A stretch of DNA of 64,000 nucleotides from Geosiphon pyriformis uo1 (lineage: Eukaryota > Fungi > Glomeromycota), in the NCBI GenBank assembly GCA_016748015.1, contig JAAOMT010000502.1, positions 186,001 to 250,000 on the forward strand, in the 5' to 3' direction. Position numbers and translations under genes: made by a program. Positions 13,650 to 26,038 of this stretch are shown here, in pieces. The notes below the pieces were generated by a model that saw only the letters and a list, made by a program, of their open reading frames with translations, was not told where the DNA came from and made no database searches. How positions within the stretch are numbered: position 1 is the first letter of the stretch; every line of letters begins with the position of its first letter.

Positions 13650-14420
13650 ATGTTAAATTAAATATTATAATAAGTATAATTTTATTTATAATTTATTACT
13701 ATGTATTTTTTATTTAATTTTTAAGATTAACAAATTAATTAATAAAAACAAATAAGAATTAAAATTAATACTTAATTCTAATTTAAATATTGTTTTTAAA
13801 TTTAACAAAAATTTAAATACTATTTTTGATATTAAATAATATATTATATTTTAATCTATTAAAAAACAAAAACTTAAGTAACTTAATAAAAATAACAAAA
13901 ATTTTATTTTTAATTAAAATAGTTAATTAATTTTAAAAAAAAAATTAGAAATAATAGTAAAAGAAATAAAAAAAAATCTATTTTTGTATAAATTATAATA
14001 TTATTATAATAATAATTACTTATTTCTATATATTCAAAAATTGTTTAATTTTTTTAACAGAAAAAAATAATTTTTAATATTAGATTTAAATAATAATTAT
14101 GATAAATAGTTATAAGTTTAAATAATAATAAAAAAACAATAATTATTATTTAAAAAAAAATTTTGAATTTAATATAATACTATTTAACTTGATTGATATT
14201 TTTTTATTATTATTTTACAAATATAGTACAACTACTATTTAATATATAGAAACAAACTAAATAATTTTAATTAGATATAACTTATGTATTTTTTACATAT
14301 AATTAGTTACTCAGATTAATTAAAGCAATACTATATACTTACCTAAATCTTTGTACTATTATTCAAATCTGAAAAAAACAAACAAATTTTATATAATTCA
14401 AAACTAACAATAAAAAACTC
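13650..14420 (+). mobile_element. Heavily deleted continuation of the plus-strand gypsy pol (RT fragments)
   Basis: 'FLILDLNNNY' (~14071-14100; LDLxSGY), 'FEFNIILFNLID' (~14162-14197; FEFNVMPFGLTN) and 'KLEIIVKEIK' (~13942-13971), similar to the start of dUTPase motif 5. Confidence 0.55.
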
Positions 14421-14449
14421 TACAATACTTAGCAAATAAATCACTTTTA

Positions 14450-17400
14450 TTAACAAAATTCTAAGTAAAATTTATATATTACTAATCAGTTTATTTTTTT
14501 TATATTTATTCTGAATTTTAACTTAAACAACTATAACTTACTTGAATATTTTTTAGCTAAATAATAAATAAAATCAACTATTACTAATACAAACTTTTTT
14601 TATTACCAAAACTAATACTGTCTTATTAATTCAGTTTTTAAAAACAAAACTCTTATATAAAACTATATAAATATTTATATTAAAATTCTCTAAAAAAAGT
14701 ATATAATATTAATAATAACAATACAACATAAATTTTTACTAAAAACTTTTACAACTTAATATGTTTATACAAAATTTTTAATATACAGAGACATTTTTTA
14801 AACAAGTAAAAGATTAAATAATTTAATATTACTATATATTAAACATAATATACTTAAATAATCTTTGTTGTAAAGTTTTTTCCTAATTGTAATTGGCAAC
14901 TTTTTATAAACTGCTTTTATTAAATATATATAAAAAGCAGCTGATGTCTAATTAATAAAACCAAAAAGCATGTAAGAATTTAGATGTTAAATTAAAGCAA
15001 TACAAGCTTAATCTATATCTTAAATAAATAAGTTATCTAAAATTTTTGTATTAAGACCTATTTTCTATTAAGCATAACAAATAGTTTAATAAATATTACA
15101 AACAAAATAATGAGTATTATTATATACTATTAAATTATTAACTATAACAAATTTTTTTCAAACTCTAATAGAAAGAGCCAAATAAGACTGTATTGTATAA
15201 TATGTTAAAGTATTAGCTAAATTATTACTTATATTTTTTAAATAAATTTTAATCTTTATTTACTTCACTAAAATATTTTTTGATCTTATTAAATTAGCTA
15301 TATGCTGTCTTTTTACTTAATACTTGTTTCAAAAATCAGATAAACAAAACTTAAACTCTAAAATACATGTACTAATAGCAGCTTAGTTATCTGTATATAA
15401 AACTATCAAGTAAAAAAAAGAAACATATTTTAATATTAAGACAATTACTTATAATTTTAATATTGTTAAAGACAACAATTCATGTATCTTAGCTTTTACT
15501 CTCATTTTAACATTAAAAAATACACTGCTGCTACACCAGCCATCTTTGCAGTTTTTAATTTTTTTAATAAACTATTAATATAAATGTCAATTGTTTTAAT
15601 TTACAATTCATATAAATATTCTCAAATATTTAAAAATTTTTTTAAGCAGAAAAAATTTGAGCATTTAGATTCAAAAATAAGCTTACCAATTCTAATAGAA
15701 AAATTACTTATGTATATTAAAGTTTTTTTAAATTACAATAGCACTGAATTTTAAAAACTCAACTTTTTCTAATAACAAAACATCTTTTAATTTACAATCA
15801 TTTTATATTATCTAATAATCTGTTTTTAAAGACAATATAAGAACTTTTTAAAAAACAAACCACATCAAAATAATAAAAATTTCTCAGAATTACAAATATT
15901 AGAAAGTGTCTAAACTTATAAAATACACTAAACAAATTGTTTACCAAAAAAATTTTATTATTCAAAAAGATTTTTACAATGTCCACCAAAAAATTATTAA
16001 TTAAGTTAACTCTTAACTTAATTAGATGCTACAATAAATTTATAAACATTTAATTTAGAACTTGTAAATTTAAAAAACAATGCTCAAATAACTAGTCAAA
16101 AACTTCTATTGTATTAAAAAAATCAGATTATTAAAGCCACTTTTATTTTTATTTGTATCTGCTCAAAAAATTTTAATTTATACAGAAAAAATAATACAAA
16201 GTCTTATTAAGAAAGTTTTTGGCAAATTGGCCTTAGATTTAAGCACTTTTTTTATTATAATATTCTATTTTTGACACATATTTTTAAAAATAAAACTAAA
16301 CTATAGCCAGTAATTTATTATAGGCTGTAAAATTATTAAAATCAAATAAGAGAATTGTTTATTTAATAATCTTTTTCTAAGAACCAAATTTGAAAAAAAT
16401 CTGATATCTGAATAAGTTTTGACAAAACTTGGCTTAAACATGCTATTTGTAAACAAATAAATTTCCAAATATTTATGAAATTTATCATGTTTAACAATAA
16501 AAATTGGCTAATTGCTGATATACAAGAAAGTATTAACAATTCTCTAGTTAATAAAAATTTTATTGATTTTAAAAAACTTACTAACAATATCAAAAATATA
16601 TTACATTAAAGCTTAATTATTCTTCATTCAAATTGTATTATTGATAAAAGTACCAACTACAAAAAAAATAATCTTTTTTTACTGATTTCTACCTTATTCA
16701 TTTTTGTTACAAATTTTATATTAATTTTATATTTACAAAAACGCTTATTCCTCTTTATTTTGCACAATAACTGATCATAAAAAATCTTTTAAAGAAGTGA
16801 TAAGAAAACTTTATTTTGATTTAACCCATCAAGCATATTATAACTATTTAAAAAACCAAAATTAGTTATCATATTATTAATCTTGCTTATGTAAATATTA
16901 CCAAAAAATTTAATAAACTTGTAATATATTTTAATATATCTTAAATTAATTTTTAAATAATGCCATTTAACTAAATTATAAGTTTATACATGTTTTACAA
17001 AATTAATTAAAACTCTTAATTCTTTTTTTAAAATATTTTTTACAACTAAACTAATAACAACCACAGAAAATTAAGTTAAATACTTTTTAAAATTAAGAAA
17101 TAGTTATTTTAAAAAACACTAAGCTTACTATATATAGACAAAATATAATTCAACAAAATTTTAAACAAAATTTTCTTAGCTGTTTTAATTAATACAATAA
17201 CTTAAGTATTTGTAAAAATACTATCTTAATTATAAAAATTAAAAATTATTGAAACTCATTCTTCTTTTCAAAGATCTAAAATATTATTAATAGTCAAACA
17301 AAAGTTTAATAAATTTAAAAAACAATTTATTACTACATTATTACAATGTTTTTATAATTTATTGAAAATATTAAATAGGCTAACTGTTTTATTATTAGGT

Positions 17401-18660
17401 AGATTACTAATTATTAAAGCCAATATGTCTATGCTAATATTATTTATTACACCAAAAAAACATTATTTTATATAACTCAATAATACATATTAACAAAACC
17501 ATAAATTAAACAAAAATAAAAGTATTTTATGTTTTTTTATCTATTTTATTATAATTTTATCAACTTTAAGCTTCACTTTTTTTGGCTCTAAAATCAAGTT
17601 TTTTTTTATTATCAAATAATTCAAAACTATTTTACAAAAAACTATTCCAAAATACTTTATATTATGTTTTTTTATTAAAATTAAAATTTTCTATTTGCTT
17701 TTCAATTTTTTTTCTAATAAATATATCTTTGGCCACCTTTAACTCATAGTATTTAGACTTATAATAGTCTTTTTTGATTTTTGACATATATTTAACTATT
17801 TTAATAGACTTCATATTTTTGAGAATTATAAAATTAACTTTAAAAGTTTCAATATTATCTGTAATCAATTAAATTTTGACAAAACTATTAAATTTAAACA
17901 TATTATTTAAACTTAATCTTTTTATTGTCTTAGCAATTAACAATTTTAGCTTAAAAAACTTCAAAGACTGTTTGTTTTTTAAAAATCAAATTTACTAAAC
18001 CAATATCTTGAAAAAATTTCATTAGCTAAATTCAATATTACTTCTTTTAATACTTTTTATATTGTATCTAAATCTTTAAAATTTTTAGCAATATTAAACT
18101 CATTTTGTATCATTGACAATTTATTAGATAAACATTCTCCAAAATATGTCTATTTAGTTTTATTTATATTTTTTGTTTTGAACTTTTAGTAATTTCTATT
18201 AGTTTGCTTGTGAATACAATTCAGATAAGCATTTAATAATCTTTTTAAGCCAACTAAAATTATAACTGCCTTGTAATCTGTTTTAAAAAACTTAGTTACT
18301 AAATTAATATTATGACTTATAATTGCTAATATCAAATATTAACTTAAAATAGAAGTTTTAACCAAAAAGTGGCCACAAAATAAATTAACCAACCCCAAAT
18401 CCAAATATTTTCTGAGACTTATGCTTTTTTTGGATTTATCTTCATTAAAATTACCTTTCAAAATTACAAAAGATCCAGAATTGGTTGTCTTATCAATAAA
18501 AGTTGACCTTAGAAGCTTGATCAAGCTTAGCATCAGCAAATGCTCTAATATACAAACCCAGAACCATGATCAAGAATTTATTCTTAAATAAAAGACAAAC
18601 TAAAATAATTTTACAAAGAATCTCATCAATTTTTGAGACATTTTAAAAACAATAAGGGAC
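14450..18660 (-). mobile_element. Degenerate LINE ORF2: APE endonuclease - RT - RNase H - C-terminal Cys motif
   Basis: 'VLGLY...FVILKGNFNE' (~18440-18565; APE GDFN), 'GTFINNTI*' (~16628-16654; GAFVDDTIW), 'LIVLYTDN*AAI' (~15373-15408; RNase H YTDS) and 'VYKKLPITIRKKLYNKDYLSILC...FTC' (~14800-14912). Confidence 0.85.
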
Positions 18661-20189
18661 TTAATTCTATAATTAGGACAATAAATATCAAAAAATTCTT
18701 ATAATTCAAAATGCTTCTTTTATGAAAGCGAAACCTAATTAGAATTTTCGAATCAGAAATAAGTCAAATAATTAGTTTAAAAAAATTATGAGCGAGAAAC
18801 AAGTTAAAATTCGAATATATTATAGTTTATAAAGAAAAATATTTTTTATATAAATTACAAAAAGAACGCAAAAAAAAAATCACTTAAAAATTTTTATTAA
18901 ATTAAAAATAAAAATTTCAAAGAATGATATAACATAATTCTGCTTGAGTTTAGAATGGTAATAAAAAAACTTGAACTTATAATAAAATTAAAATGTAAAA
19001 AAATCTTTAAAATAAAAATTATCATGATGTTTTTGAAAATTAAACAATATTAAAATCTTTAACCAGTTTTTTTTTACATCGATCACTTTAAAAACAGCTT
19101 TAACAAACTATCACAGAAAATTTTGATATTCGTATAAAAATTTTCTCTTCAAGATTTTATCATCTAAATACATTCAAAGTATTAAAATTAAACCAATCAT
19201 TGGATAAAATAGTGCTTTAAATGGTTTGATTGGGTTGGCCTCAAATCTGACTTACAAATTTTGAATCAATTAAAAAATTGTGATCATTCATTTAATTTTA
19301 AGTCAAAAATTGAAGAAAATTTGCAATATGCAAAATTATATTATAAAAAGTTTATTTAAAACACTAAAAATAAATATTTTAGTAAGAATATATAAAAAAT
19401 CTAAAAACTAATTTTAAAAAAGTACTTAAAGGTAACAAATAATTTATTTTTTATCATATTGACTTTAGAAAATAATATTCTTGGTTTGTTTGTAAATTAA
19501 AACAATTAATTCTGCATAATAAATAAGATTTTTAAAAAATTTCAAAGAAATGTTAATATTATAAATTATTTATCTACCAATAATATTGTAAATTTAAAAA
19601 TTTGCTAAAAGCTTAATTAATAAGTTACTGAATTGAATTGAATTGAATTATTATTTAATAATATAAATAACTAAAACCTAAATTTAAACACAAATTATAA
19701 ATTATGAATAAAAAAATATTATTTGAAAAACTACAGAATTTTGTTACTTATTATAAAAGCAATTTTTTTTTATTGCATATCAAAAGTATACTATTTAATA
19801 AATCAATCAAAAACAGTCCTGATTATTAAAAAATAAATGTAATTTAAACAAATTTTAAAGTTATAATTGGTTACATTTTTTTATAGAATACTTTACTATT
19901 TTAATTGATCATTTAAGTTTTCATAATATATTTAAATAAACCTAGTTTTGCAAACATTAAATTAATGTTACAAATTTGCTTCTTTTATAAATAGTAAATA
20001 GTATTTTTGATCATTTTTTTAAAGTTTGGTAAACCACTTTTTTAACTAGAACAATATATTAGATGAATGATTGCTGTGTCATCATCCTTCGTAATATTTG
20101 TTTAAATAATATTCGCAAAGCAAATGGATTGCTAGGCGCAGATAAATCCTCCCATTTTGGTGGTATTCTTTATTCTTCGAATTTACAAT

Positions 20190-21225
20190 ATGCATTTTTG
20201 CTTTGATTATTAGCACTTTTTCGATTATTGTTTCATTTATCACTTGAGCCTCTATTATGAGAAATAAAATATAACAGAACCATTCCTATACAAGCAATTG
20301 CTGCGAGATTTGAAAGTAATTCACCAAAAGAGAAATTTGAACGGAAACCACGATATTGTCATCATTATCAATAATGGGAGAAATCTTGAAACCTTCTTTG
20401 GACATTCCCTTATTTTGCGGGAAAGAAGCCCATATTTTATGTTCATATTGTAGGGATATTCCTCTTCTGAGGTAAAACCTTTCCAGGTTGAGATAAAAGA
20501 TATCGAGCATCAGTGTTTGAGGAACTTTCAAAATAAAAGATTCTATTTCTTTCGTAATAATTTCTTGACTTCATTATGAACAGGTCACTATTTTCAAAAG
20601 CTTCTTTGTAGATATCTTTACCCTGGTAAAATTTCTCTCTCCTGCCAAATACCTGATTTGAAATTAATTAAGGCAGCTCATAAATTAGGGGTCTAGCAGG
20701 TGGTTTTGTATTTATAAGACCAAAGTATCAAAAATCACAAAGAATGGTTGCATAAAAATATAAATTAGGTCTATCAATACAGTATTTCCAACATTGAATG
20801 TGAAAGACTTGCTGTCTATTGTCAGTATCAATTACTCCAAAGGCTCCTTGAGGTATTTCAAGATTCAAAATTCACCCCTATTCCTGATAAGCTATTGCTT
20901 TCCTTATTGGAAATTGATGATCTGAAAATGGAAGAAATCGAAATTTGGGAAAAGGTATTGGCATGGAGTTTAGCTGAGCATTAATGGTCTGATAGAGATG
21001 TCGAAAAATGAACAGCTGGCAAGAACGCTTCAGCCGTTCATTCCATATATCCGATTCTTTGGCATATCTCAAGAAGATTATTATCGAAAAGTCAGGCCTT
21101 TAAAGTTTTGCTTGCCAGTACAGCTGAAAGAAAATTTAAAGAAGAAACATTATTTGCTCGAAGTCCCTGTCAATAGCACAATCTTGCCTTCTAGGACAAA
21201 GTGCAAGTGCAAAAATTCAGTTTAG
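20190..21225 (+). pseudogene. BTB-BACK pseudogene, paralog of the gene at 34134-35238
   Basis: Colinear with the intact paralog: 'ETFFGHSLILRERSPYF', 'YLYPGKI', 'DKLLLSLLEIDDLKMEEIEIWEKVLAWSL', 'TLQPFIPYIRFFGISQEDYY..VRPLKFCLP'. Stops at 20451, 20694, 20715, 20982 and 21009, frameshifts, and the intron donor reads AT instead of GT at 20533. Confidence 0.88.
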
Positions 21226-21856
21226 AAAATGGATTTTTAAGATTCAAGACAATCTAAAAAATACCCCTGAGTGGAAAACCCTTTTTTTAGTTTGCAACTA
21301 CAAACCTCAACATTACTATGAGATTGAAACGTTAAATTTCAAAACGGCTAAGATGAGGAACTGACGTGATTTTCAAGTAATGGCCTACAAGACCCCGAAG
21401 AACATGAAAGATGCAAAATTTTAATTTAGAAAATTTTGTATTAAAACTGATTTGCTATCTTTTAAACTTCAGAGAAAGATCTTCCATTTTGAGCTTGTCC
21501 TTTAAATCAACAAAAAAATAAATTCAAAATATAAGAGAATTCTTAAGAAATTGTTTTACAAATTTGTATCTTGATTATTTTGATAAAGTTATTTTATAAA
21601 ATAGTTTGAAATAAACTTTACTTATTATATTATAAAAAATATAATAATTTTTGGTTATATTATTAACAGTTTAAATAAATTTTAAATATTTTAAGAAAAA
21701 TATAATTAAAAATTTAAATTGCGGTGTAGTTTGGAATTTTTTATAGTAAAAATACATATGAAATTTTTATAATTGTTTTTTTTAATTATATATGTTTTAA
21801 TACTTAAAATAAATTTGCAAGAAAACATATTAAGTAAAAGTAATAATTCCCAAAAC

Positions 21857-21872
21857 TTTGTCCCACACTGTA
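21857..21872. repeat. Orphan Tc1 terminal inverted repeat end
   Basis: TTTGTCCCACACTGTA is the exact reverse complement of 23718-23733 (TA plus the left TIR of the young Tc1). Confidence 0.7.
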
Positions 21873-21959
21873 TTTGATCAATGATAATTTTATTGATTAT
21901 ATGCATTAGTAAAAAATTAACTTTACAGTGATAGGCAAAAAGCAACAAATTTTATAAAA

Positions 21960-22770
21960 TTTAATTCGCAACGTGATGACTAAATTGATCAACATAGTTT
22001 TTTTGACAAATCATCCATATTTTGCGGCATTTGTTTTTCTAGTTCACGTTTAACGATTACCCACGACGGCCAGTCAATAAATTTGGGTAGATCTTCTGCA
22101 AGAAACGCCTTAGCTACTCGACTTGCTGAAAGCGCCACTTCTTACTATGTATCCCATTAACTTCATCAACATGCTTTTGCAAATTTCAACATCAAACTTA
22201 GCCTCCATGATACGCCGAAAACCACATAAGCTAAGTTTTCCTTAATACAAAAACCACTCACGCAAGATTTTGTACGATCTTTTGGTCTTGGACGAACGGC
22301 CTTTTTCCCTTATACAAAAGTTCATTTGTATTTGGAACAGTTGAAATGCTGTTTCATCAGAAGTAAGGTTTTTTTCCAATTATCATAAAGATGAAATTTG
22401 GCTCATTCAACACCTTTTCTTTTGAACTTTTGTCAGTATTAGTAAGTTTTTCATATATCCAAATGATTTAAATGTCCCCTAATTGTGCAATATGAAATGT
22501 CTACTCCCTCTGTACCTAGTTAGTAGCAATCTTTTTGGCAGACAAAAAAGAGTGGTTATGAACATATTGACCTACTTTTCTCGATACATTTACCGTAACC
22601 TTGCCTTTGTACAGTTGAGACAGGTAGCTTAATGAGATTACTTAATTTTGACACGGAATCTTCACTCCAGAAGGAGATCAGCTTTTACTTGTTATGTTCC
22701 TTGACCGACAGATTCAAATTAATTCCGCTTTAAGAAATAGTAGAAAAGTTTTATGTGGTAGCTTATGCCT
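21960..22770 (-). mobile_element. Tc1-family transposase relic (deletions and frameshifts)
   Basis: 'SDETAFQLFQ', 'RPRPKDRTKIL', 'KKWRFQQ', 'FIDWPS' and 'WVIVKRELEKQMPQN' are directly comparable to the 23852-24685 protein. Confidence 0.85.
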
Positions 22771-22771
22771 G

Positions 22772-23717
22772 TACATAAAGTACCCCAAAAAGTAACGCCC
22801 GATTCAAAATTGGACACAAAAATTCTAATTTACTTTTCTAACAATTTATATACTAAATAAAAAATTAAATCTAATTAATAATTTGTCGCCCCTCTATTTG
22901 ACTTTAATATTGCTTCAATCCTCCTTGGCATCGAGGCAATAACCTCTTCGAGAACAGAGGTATCAAATTTTCTTATTCCTCTTTTAGCGCAAACTTAAGT
23001 TCGACCACAGACTTCAGAAAGACTTCATGTTTGGATATTATTCTTCAATTGGTTCCAATTGGACCCAGGGCCGGCCAGTTGCTAGTCGGAATTTTATTTC
23101 TGTTGATTATTTTTCGATTTTCCCCACAGTATAGGTCGACACGTTATCTTGCTGAAAAATTCCGTAGCTTCTAGTTCATGCCTCAATTGCGTTCTAAAAT
23201 GGTAATAGGTTAATTTTTGAGATTTCAAGGTAGTATTTGTATTTTTTTTACCATTTTTTTTATTCATCACAAAATACTAATGGTCCTTTTAATCCTCCTG
23301 TGAAACACCCAAACCATTGTGGATTTTCGTCCATTTTTGAAAGTAGGCACTAAGCAATTAGCATTCAATTTTTCTCCAGTGTGTCGTCAAACTCTTGGTT
23401 GCCTTATTGCTTCCCAATTTTCACACTCGTCTCATCAGAAAAGATAAACATATGTTTGCCGCGATACGTGAATGAAGTCCCGAGTTATAAAGTACATTTG
23501 CGGTAATTGACAGATTATATTTAAGACCTAAACTGTTGACAATTTCGTGAAGTGTGGATGTCGTTTTTCCTTGGCTTTACATACGAGTAAATCTTTTTTA
23601 TGGTTGCTAAGAATTGGTGGTCTTCTAAAAATGTGGTAAGTTTTCACTTTTCCAGTTGTTTGGTATTGTTTAAAATGTTAAAAAATTATTAATAAAATAC
23701 ATAACTTTTTATTGAGA
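22772..23717 (-). mobile_element. Second Tc1-family relic, cut at its 5' part by the young Tc1
   Basis: 'FIFSDET', 'WFGCFTGGLKGPL', 'IFQQDN', 'NWPAL' and 'EEVIASMPRRIEAILKSNRGATN'. TIR-like start TACA... at 22772. Confidence 0.8.
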
Positions 23718-23719
23718 TA

Positions 23720-25002
23720 CAGTGTGGGACAAAAAAAATTGGACACAAAAAACTAATTATTGTGCTTTAATTAATGGACCAAATTTTACAAAAAATATAT
23801 CATTAGAAAGATAAAAAGCACATTATTTTATTAAAAAAAATTAATAGAATATTAATATGATATTCTTTCCCTCTTATTCGCAATCACCATCTCACAACGC
23901 CGTTTCATTGATCCTACTAACCCGATAAGGGTAGATCCGGAAATCATCCGCCACTCTTCTTCCATAAACTGCATTAACTGGTCACAATTTTCGGGCATTC
24001 GCTTTTCTACCTTATTCTTGACAATAGCCCACAAGTTTTCAATAGGGTTCAAGTCGGGTGAGTTGGCAGGCCAGTCAAGAACATTATTAATATTGGCAGC
24101 TATAAAGGCTTGGGAAACTTTGCTTTTGTGTTTCGGATCGTTGTCTTGCTGGAACCGCCACCTACGCCCAAGCATTCCTCTAATTTCAGGCAGGTGAGTA
24201 CGAAGAATTTCTATGTAAAAATGACTATCCATTATTCCAGTAAAACAAAATAAACTTGTCTTTCCTCCTTTATAGAAACCACCCCAAGCAAAGACTTTTG
24301 TTCGATCTTTTGGAATGGCACGGGTGGGCCGTAAACCTCTATACCAACGCTCTAGTGTGTTCCGGAATAAACAAAAGGCCGTTTCATCTATAAAAACAAT
24401 TCGGTCCCAATTGTCATTCAAGTTTTGGTAAGCCCATTCCAAACGCCTCTCTTTATGTTTATCAGTAAGCATTGGGATGGCCCGAGGAAGGTCTTTTTTG
24501 TAACCAAGAAATGCTAAATGCCTCCCAATTGTTCTATAGGATACCTCTACATTTATTTTTGACAACTTTGTTGTCAAAGTTCTCGTTGAAATTGAGGAAT
24601 CCCGTTTGATGTACGATCGTAATACTCGCGAAGCAACCCCTTTAATCTTTCTTGGCCGACCATTTCCACCTGCATGCTCCACCACCCCGGTTTTTTAAGA
24701 ATATTGTAAATAGTAGAACGTGGTATATTTGTTCGCTTCTGTATTTCCGCTGCAATTCGTATTCCTTGGTTCCAAAAATACAATACTGTTTGTCGTTGCA
24801 TTTCATGCTTGGATGTTGCCATTTTCGCGCGAGAATTAAAAAAAAAATTAATAAAATGCACAAAAAAAATATATAAGCCAATAGCCACTTACCTTCGCAT
24901 TCATTTCCAACTAACCTCGCCACAATCTAACCAAAATTGGTTAAACTAGATCAAATCTTGTAAGATGCATTTTTTTGTCCAATTTTTTTTTGTCCCAGAC
25001 TG
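23720..25002 (-). mobile_element. Young, full-length Tc1 (DD34E) DNA transposon, 1283 bp
   Basis: TIRs CAGTGTGGGACAAAAAAAATTGGACA (from 23720) and its near-perfect complement ending at 25002. TA target dinucleotides at 23718-19 and 25003-04. Confidence 0.95.
23852..24822 (-). pseudogene. Tc1 transposase with one frameshift near 24690
   Basis: The N-terminal HTH 'MATSKHEMQRQTVLYFWNQG...IPRSTIYNILKK' is in one frame and the rest 'GRPRK...FIDET...FQQDNDPKH...WPANSPDLNPIENLW' in another. There are 34 residues between the second D and the E. Confidence 0.9.
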
Positions 25003-26038
25003 TATTTATGAGCTGTTTAATTTGAGAAGAAAATTGTTAAATTAAAAAAAATTTTTTTTTTTAATTTTGAAATGCAATTTAAGTGGTCGCTGTCGTGACA
25101 CAAAAGAAATCTATCTAATCTGAAATCTGGGGGTAACGCGATTTTAATCGGTCTGTTTATATGAAAGAATAGGTCTTCTAACCATTGAAATAGGCAAAAA
25201 CTAATAATCTAACTTTAGGAGGTATATTATCCTATTCACAAAGGTTTCCTTCCATTCCTTGTAAGGTTGAAAAAGAATATCTTTGTCTAGCAGATCTACT
25301 ATTTTTTTATGCAAAAAATTAGGACTACTACGTAATCAAAGAACCTCACGTTCATTAGCCTCAATAAATTTATGCACATGATCATGAAAATTTGAAATAG
25401 TTTACGCCAAGATAAAATCATTTAACAGCATAATTTGATTCGTTAGAGCAATTTGCTATGAGTTAATAACCATAATTTTCATTTGGTGAAAGTATTCAGA
25501 CTTAGCAATTGAACAAAATACAATGACTTTTTATAAATAAGTTACACCTTTCTTTTGCATTTAGAGTAACCATTATAATATTTAAGTGTTTGGTTTTCAA
25601 AATTACTAAAGTTTAATAATCTTTTTAGAATAACCAAAAAGTAATTATAAAATTACAGCTTTTTAAGTTTTGAAAAAGATTCTTAAAATGTGCATTCCGT
25701 TAAAAGCAATTCGACGAAGCAGCTCAAATCTTCAAGTTCAAATACTGCCATATCGGGCAGAGAATGATACAATTGTGCGTTGATCCTTTTTAATAAATAT
25801 ATATCTCGTCAATCCTTGCTTTTAAGGGTTCCATGCCCTTTTTGATAAAACGGTGATTGGCTGTTCTTTGAATTTAATTTGCTCAAGATGGTTGCATATC
25901 GCGAATATTTATTCCCCAAATAGGTACAAGTATGTGAACTTTTCGTACGCTTACAAATTAAAACCAATTTCGAGATTTTTTCAATAACGATAAATATCTG
26001 ATTTCCTTTGTCTCCAAAGCAAAATATCCAAGACATAA

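Noticed and set aside
7315-18539. Short K/N/I/L/F-rich ORFs in the ORF track
   Set aside because: They are sense fragments or antisense shadows of the dead elements, not independent genes.
1-18660. AT-rich block as organellar DNA, Mollicutes-related endobacterial DNA or alternative-genetic-code genes
   Set aside because: The recognisable motifs are eukaryotic TE proteins with catalytic residues mutated, all three stop codons and frameshifts. Recoding would not restore them.
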